A DNA stretch of 64,000 bases, taken from contig CAVVHE010000004.1 of NCBI GenBank assembly GCA_963748015.1, positions 416,001 through 480,000 on the forward strand. Direction: 5' to 3'. Below the pieces are notes generated by a model. That model was not told where the DNA came from. It did no database searches and saw only the letters and a list, made by a program, of their open reading frames with translations. Shown here piece after piece: positions 59,179-64,000 of the stretch; the stretch's first letter is position 1; the number at the start of each line of letters is the position of its first letter. A program made the translations under genes and the position numbers. This DNA comes from Terriglobia bacterium. GTDB taxonomy: Bacteria > Acidobacteriota > Polarisedimenticolia > Polarisedimenticolales > JAIQFR01.

Positions 59179-61044
59179 ATGCGCGAAACGGCGCCGCGAT
59201 CGGAACCCGTCGAGAGAGGCTCGGCCCTCGTGTTCGCCCTCCTCGTGACCGCGATCCTCGCGCTGCTCGGTCTTTCCTTGATGCTCGTCGCGGAGACCGA
59301 GACCCGCATCGTCGACAACGAGAGGTGCGCCGCCCAGGCCCTCTACGTCGCGGAAGCCGGGGCCCGCATGGTGAAACGGTGGTTCGACGGCCCCGGTGCC
59401 GCGGCCAACGTGCTGAACCTCAGGGAGAGCGTGGTCGATCGCTCGCTGCGGCTGATCGAGGACGACGGGGACCCCGCGACGGCGCCGCACCCCCAGGACG
59501 GTACGTCCTGGCCGCGGTACAAGCAGGGAATCGACCTCGACGCCGACGGCGCGGACGACCTCCTCGACGAGCCCTATCGCGGTGGAGCCGGCCGCGACGA
59601 GGCCCTCCGCCATGCGCTGCTCGGCACCGAATCGGGGCCGGACATGCGGATCGCCGAGGGACACTCGGCCGAATCGACCGCGTTTCTCGGTGACCTGTCG
59701 AGGACGCTGATGGCGGATTTCCCCTCGTCCTCGTCCGGAGTCGTCGCTCGTATCGTGGCGATCGACGTCTACGGGCCGCCTTCTCTCCCCGCCGGCGGGC
59801 GGTGGACCCGATTCGGCGTGGCGACGGCGAAGGTGACCGCGCGGATCTGCAAGACTTCCGCCGGGGTCGAGGAGATCCTCGCGGAGCACGTCGTGAAGGT
59901 CGTGCTCAGCGCGGTGCCGTACCCCCGTATCATGGCGCCGTTCCACTCCTGTGGCCCCGTTCCGGCCGGCGGCGATCTGGGCGTGCACTGGGGGGACGCC
60001 GTCGCGACGGGGCCCTTCGATCTCGACGCGAGCGGCGTGGACGGCCTGCCCCGCAGCGTCCCCCGCGAGGTCCCCCCGGCCGCGCACGTCGATCTCCTTC
60101 ACGGCTCGAGCAGCCCGGCGGACGACGATATCTGGACGCGGCTCCGGGACGCGCTCGAGGCCGGAGCGGACATCGACGATCCTTGGTTCCGCTTCCTCGG
60201 CGGTGGACCGGCCATCGGCCCGGCCGCGGAGCCGTCGCCCCAGCTGCGGCCTCCCTCGACTACGGGACAGGACCATTCGAACGTCTTCCAGAACCTCGGC
60301 GGCATCGGCTGCCCCGATCTCGACTACGACACGTGGAAAGCGGTCGCGGTCGCCGGAGGCGAGAACGTCCACTACTTTGCCTGGAGAGGGGGAACCACCT
60401 TCAGCGAGAGCGGCGTGGGGCCGCCCGAGGAGTTCGAGACGCTGACGAACGGGAGGACGGGGCTCTTCTTCTTCGACACCCGAGACGGGAGCCGCCCTAG
60501 CGCGACGCTCGATCCGAGCGGCCTTCCGGTCAACGTCACCCCGGCGCTTCGGCTGGGCGCGGGCGGCGTGAGGGGATTCCTCTACCTGAACGCCGCGGGA
60601 TTCGAGGCGGCCGGGGATGCCGGAATCGCCGCGACCCTCACGATGCCCGGCGAGCCGTTTCGCGACGTCAACCGGAACGGCGTCCGCGACGCGGGGGAGC
60701 CCTGGATCAACCTGAACTACACCGAGCTCGGGGACCCGGACGCTCCGATCCGGGGGCGCGCGGCGGACGACTTCGGGAACCCGGGACGCGGCGCGGTCTA
60801 CAACGCGGCAGGGCCGGGTTTCGCGGTCCGGACCGCCGTGGACGGAGTCGTCTACGTCCGGGGGACCTTCGCATCACGGGGCCCGGCGCGAGTTTACGGA
60901 AGCGTGATCGCCCGATCGGGGGTGCCGCGCTCCGGTCGGGCTGCCGGAATCTACTGGAACGACGCTCTCGGGACGGCCTTTCCTCCCGCCTCCTGGGGCC
61001 TGCCGCGCGTCATGGTCACCCGCTGGGAAACCGGTTCGAGGTGA
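59179..61044 (+). CDS. Large PilX-like minor pilin (621 aa)
   Basis: ERG|SALVFALL (no E5); ALYVAEAG; C-terminal RWE. Confidence 0.8.
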   Translation: MRETAPRSEPVERGSALVFALLVTAILALLGLSLMLVAETETRIVDNERCAAQALYVAEAGARMVKRWFDGPGAAANVLNLRESVVDRSLRLIEDDGDPATAPHPQDGTSWPRYKQGIDLDADGADDLLDEPYRGGAGRDEALRHALLGTESGPDMRIAEGHSAESTAFLGDLSRTLMADFPSSSSGVVARIVAIDVYGPPSLPAGGRWTRFGVATAKVTARICKTSAGVEEILAEHVVKVVLSAVPYPRIMAPFHSCGPVPAGGDLGVHWGDAVATGPFDLDASGVDGLPRSVPREVPPAAHVDLLHGSSSPADDDIWTRLRDALEAGADIDDPWFRFLGGGPAIGPAAEPSPQLRPPSTTGQDHSNVFQNLGGIGCPDLDYDTWKAVAVAGGENVHYFAWRGGTTFSESGVGPPEEFETLTNGRTGLFFFDTRDGSRPSATLDPSGLPVNVTPALRLGAGGVRGFLYLNAAGFEAAGDAGIAATLTMPGEPFRDVNRNGVRDAGEPWINLNYTELGDPDAPIRGRAADDFGNPGRGAVYNAAGPGFAVRTAVDGVVYVRGTFASRGPARVYGSVIARSGVPRSGRAAGIYWNDALGTAFPPASWGLPRVMVTRWETGSR

Positions 61045-61082
61045 CCTATATTTGAGCAGGCGGTCCGAGGGAGGGTTTCGCG

Positions 61083-61730
61083 ATGAAGGCGACCCGGCTG
61101 GCTTTGGTCCCCCTGCTGGTCTTCGGAGCCATGTTCGGCTGGGCGGCCTGCCTCGCCGAGGAAACGGGAAAGAACCCGCCCGAGCAGACCGACAAGAAGA
61201 AGGCCGACGACTCGAAGGTCCCCAAGCCCGCCGCGCCGGCCCCGGAGGCTTCCGCGAAGCCGGCACCCGTGCAGCCTGTCGTCTCGGACGAGCCGGGATA
61301 CGTCTACACGAACGATGACCTCGACAGGCTCCCGCCCGCCTCCCCGGCGCCTAGACCCTCCCCGGCGACGGCCAAGGAATCGGCGCCCAAGGCAGGCGAG
61401 CAGCGCCCGGCGGGGACGTTCGATCCGTTGAAGCGGATGCAGGAGGAGCAGGCGAGCGCGGCGGAGCTCAAGACGCAGATCGCCGGCGCGGAGAAGAAGG
61501 TCACCGAGGGCGAGCAGAAGCTCCGGGATCTCGAGCGGCGAAGGCTGGCGGTGGCGAACCCGCTCCTCGCGCCGCCGCAGGTGGCTCCCGAGCAGGCGGC
61601 GCAGTGGAAGCAGTTGAGCGGCCCCGAGCGCCTGAGGGCGACAGACGACGAGATTGCCCAGGCGCGGAAGGAGCTCGAGGACGCGAAGGCCGAGCTTCAA
61701 AAGCTCCGCGCCTCTTCCGGGGTCCATTGA
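61083..61730 (+). CDS. Secreted hypothetical protein with Pro-rich linker and coiled coil
   Basis: Signal peptide; YTNDDL motif; heptad-like C-terminal half. Confidence 0.7.
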   Translation: MKATRLALVPLLVFGAMFGWAACLAEETGKNPPEQTDKKKADDSKVPKPAAPAPEASAKPAPVQPVVSDEPGYVYTNDDLDRLPPASPAPRPSPATAKESAPKAGEQRPAGTFDPLKRMQEEQASAAELKTQIAGAEKKVTEGEQKLRDLERRRLAVANPLLAPPQVAPEQAAQWKQLSGPERLRATDDEIAQARKELEDAKAELQKLRASSGVH

Positions 61731-61756
61731 CAACGGTTCGAGACGCCTCCTAGACT
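61727..61756 (+). promoter_or_regulatory. Sigma70 promoter giving a near-leaderless transcript
   Basis: TTGACA-N18-TAGACT, 10 nt before ATG 61767; no SD. Confidence 0.6.
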
Positions 61757-61766
61757 TTCCGGCGGA

Positions 61767-63161
61767 ATGCCCCCCGTCCTGCTGGTCGAAGACCGCGATA
61801 GCCTCAGGCTGATGCTGCGCTCGGCGCTCGAGGCGGAGGGGTTCTCCGTCGAGGAAGCCGCCGACGGAAGCCGGGCGATCAAGGCCCTTGCCACGGGTCG
61901 TTACCTCGCGGTCGTCACCGACCTGAAGATGCCCGGCGCCGACGGCCACAAGGTTCTCGCCGCCGCGCGGGATGCCGACCTGCACCTCCCCGTGATCGTG
62001 ATGAGCGCCCACGGGACGATCGAGGACGCGGTCTGCGCGATGAAGGGGGGCGCCTTCGATTTCCTGCCGAAGCCAGTGGACCCCGATCACCTGGTGCTGC
62101 TCCTCAGGCGCGCCGCGGAGCGGCGGGCGCTCCTGGAGGAGAACCTGCTCCTCAGGGAGGAGTTCGCCGAGCGGCTCGGCTTTCCCAGGATCATCGGCGA
62201 GTCGCCGGCGCTCGTCGAGGCTTCCCGGCAGGTCCAGAAGGCGGCGCCCACCGACGCGACGATTCTCCTCGAGGGAGAATCGGGCACCGGCAAGGAGTTG
62301 TTCGCCCGCGCCATCCACCACCTGAGTTCTCGAAAGGACGCGCCGTTCGTCGCGCTCAACTGCGCGGCGATTCCCGAGACGCTCGTCGAGAACGAGCTGT
62401 TCGGCCACGAGAGGGGGGCTTTCACCGGGGCGGCGGGCACGCGCGCCGGACGCATCGAGCTCGCGGACCGGGGAACGCTGTTTCTCGACGACGTCGGCGA
62501 GCTGGGTCTCGGGGTGCAGGCGAAGCTGCTGCGGGTGCTGCAGGATCGGACGCTCGAGCGGCTCGGAGGGAACCGCACGCTGTCGGTCAACGTCCGCGTG
62601 GTGGCCGCCACCCACCGGGACCTCAAGCGCGCGACCGCGCAAGGCGCCTTCCGCGAGGACCTCTACTTCCGCTTGGCCGTCGTGGCGATCCGTGTTCCGG
62701 CGCTCCGGGAGCGGCGCGGGGACATCCCGTCGCTGGCGTCCTACTTCCTCGAGCGCTACCGCCGCGAGCTCGGTCGCGACCGGCTCGCGCTCTCCGAGGA
62801 GGCGGTCGAGTCGCTGAGGATGCACGACTGGCCGGGCAACGTGCGGGAGCTGGCGAACTGCCTCGAGAGGGCGGCCATCCTGGCCGAGGGCGACGCCATC
62901 GAGCCGCGCCATCTCGGACTCGGCGCGCGCGCTCCGGCCGGCGACGAGGCCCAGGATCTGTGGCGGGCCATCCATGCCGAGGGTTCCCTCGAAGAGGTCG
63001 GCGAGCGGGCCCGCGACCTCGCCGAGAGGGCGGCCATCCGCCGCGCTCTCGACCGGGCCGACGGCGTCCGGAGCCGCGCCGCCGAGCTCTTGCGGATCAG
63101 CCCCAAGCGCCTCGCGGCGCGCATCCGGGACCTAGGGCTCGGTGACGGCGCTCCGTCTTGA
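61767..63161 (+). CDS. Sigma54-dependent response regulator (NtrC family), no adjacent kinase
   Basis: TDLKMPG, GESGTGKE, GAFTGA, WPGNVREL, C-terminal HTH. Confidence 0.93.
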   Translation: MPPVLLVEDRDSLRLMLRSALEAEGFSVEEAADGSRAIKALATGRYLAVVTDLKMPGADGHKVLAAARDADLHLPVIVMSAHGTIEDAVCAMKGGAFDFLPKPVDPDHLVLLLRRAAERRALLEENLLLREEFAERLGFPRIIGESPALVEASRQVQKAAPTDATILLEGESGTGKELFARAIHHLSSRKDAPFVALNCAAIPETLVENELFGHERGAFTGAAGTRAGRIELADRGTLFLDDVGELGLGVQAKLLRVLQDRTLERLGGNRTLSVNVRVVAATHRDLKRATAQGAFREDLYFRLAVVAIRVPALRERRGDIPSLASYFLERYRRELGRDRLALSEEAVESLRMHDWPGNVRELANCLERAAILAEGDAIEPRHLGLGARAPAGDEAQDLWRAIHAEGSLEEVGERARDLAERAAIRRALDRADGVRSRAAELLRISPKRLAARIRDLGLGDGAPS

Positions 63162-63185
63162 CCCGACCGTTCCCTCTGCTATAGT
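63158..63185 (+). promoter_or_regulatory. Sigma70 promoter with extended -10
   Basis: TTGACC-N16-TATAGT, preceded by TGC. Confidence 0.65.
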
Positions 63186-63423
63186 GCCGCTCCGGTCCGC
63201 CGGGCCAACGCTACGGCCCGCGGGTGACGGGGAATCCCCGCGGAGATGCCTGCACAGAAGGTTGGCCAGCCGTCGCGACGACGATAGGGGTCCGTCTGAC
63301 GCGGTTCCTCCGGGATCAGCCGGCGGAACGAAAAGGGGGCGGGTGGCCCCCCGGATCGAGCGGCTCGGCGGCTTTCGATTCCCCGGACGGCGCGAGAGCG
63401 CCCGCGATGCAGGGAGGCTGCGC

Positions 63424-64000
63424 ATGATGCCCCGAAAGATACTCATCCTAGGAGCCGCCGGACGGGACTTCCACAACTTCAACGTGGTCTATCGGGACAA
63501 TCCGGAATACGAGGTCGTGGCCTTCACGGCGACGCAGATTCCCGACATCGCGGGGCGCCGTTACCCGGCCGAGCTCGCCGGGCGACTCTACCCCTACGGG
63601 ATCCCGATCCGGGCCGAGATCGAGATGGAGGCGATCATCCGGGACCTCGCCGTGGACGAGGTGCTCTTCGCGTACTCGGACGTGTCTCACGAGGCCGTCA
63701 TGCACCTCGCCTCGCGCGCCGTCGCCGCCGGGGCGGACTTCCACGTGATGGGGGCCGGCGCGACGATGATCGCGTCTAGCGTGCCGGTGGTCTCGGTGTG
63801 CGCGGTCCGGACCGGGAGCGGCAAGAGCCAGACCACGCGAAAGGTCGCCGAGCTGCTCCTGGCCGCGGGCAAGCGAGTCGTGGCGGTCCGCCACCCGATG
63901 CCTTACGGCGACCTCGTCCGCCAGAAGGTGCAGCGCTTCGCGGCCTACGAGGACCTCGATCGCCACGAGTGCACCATCGAGGAGCGCGAGGAATACGAGC
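63424..64000 (+). CDS. Cyclic 2,3-diphosphoglycerate synthetase-related P-loop protein (possible arginine synthetase ArcE); truncated by the window
   Basis: ILGAAGRDFHNFN, AFTATQIP, AVRTGSGKS, VRHPMPYGDL; SD GGAGG. Confidence 0.8.
   Translation, partial: MMPRKILILGAAGRDFHNFNVVYRDNPEYEVVAFTATQIPDIAGRRYPAELAGRLYPYGIPIRAEIEMEAIIRDLAVDEVLFAYSDVSHEAVMHLASRAVAAGADFHVMGAGATMIASSVPVVSVCAVRTGSGKSQTTRKVAELLLAAGKRVVAVRHPMPYGDLVRQKVQRFAAYEDLDRHECTIEEREEYE

Noticed and set aside
63280..63360. Guanidine-I (ykkC) riboswitch, SRP RNA or 6S RNA
   Set aside because: TAGGGGTCCG is reminiscent, but the other conserved elements are not visible.
211..63966. Many long antisense or alternate-frame ORFs (e.g. 12848-15136 -, 19188-21608 -, 58033-60372 -)
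   Set aside because: They overlap well-supported genes, are Arg/Pro/Gly-rich without motifs, and are expected shadows in high-GC DNA.

Overview
High-GC, gene-dense bacterial chromosome segment; gene content and order suggest Acidobacteriota or a deltaproteobacterium-like lineage (inference). About 1-16 kb is housekeeping: RNase G/E, sppA, a feoB operon, a TPR protein, gmhA, pgeF, yajC-secD-secF, rel, ridA and rpmB. About 16-63 kb is one large type IV pilus locus: pilMNOPQ (pilN frameshifted), accBC, pilB-pilT-pilC-pilS-pilR, and two GspG-like pilins behind a sigma54 promoter. A roughly 20 kb glycosylation island follows (two O-antigen-ligase/O-OTase-like genes, flippase, WecA, eight glycosyltransferases, methyltransferases, AsnB). 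The locus ends with an ABC transporter, a PilG/XapA-like gene, pilD, pilV/W/X-like minor pilins and an orphan sigma54 regulator. Most unusual: a ComEA-like helix-hairpin-helix module inserted in the periplasmic loop of SecF; the two-pilin/two-OTase glycosylation system; a feoB operon with a 7-Cys miniprotein and a DtxR-FeoA fusion; a very large PilX-like protein; and a structured leader before a cDPGS/ArcE-like gene. No rRNA, tRNA, CRISPR array or transposase was seen. All calls come from motif recognition by eye; no searches were run.
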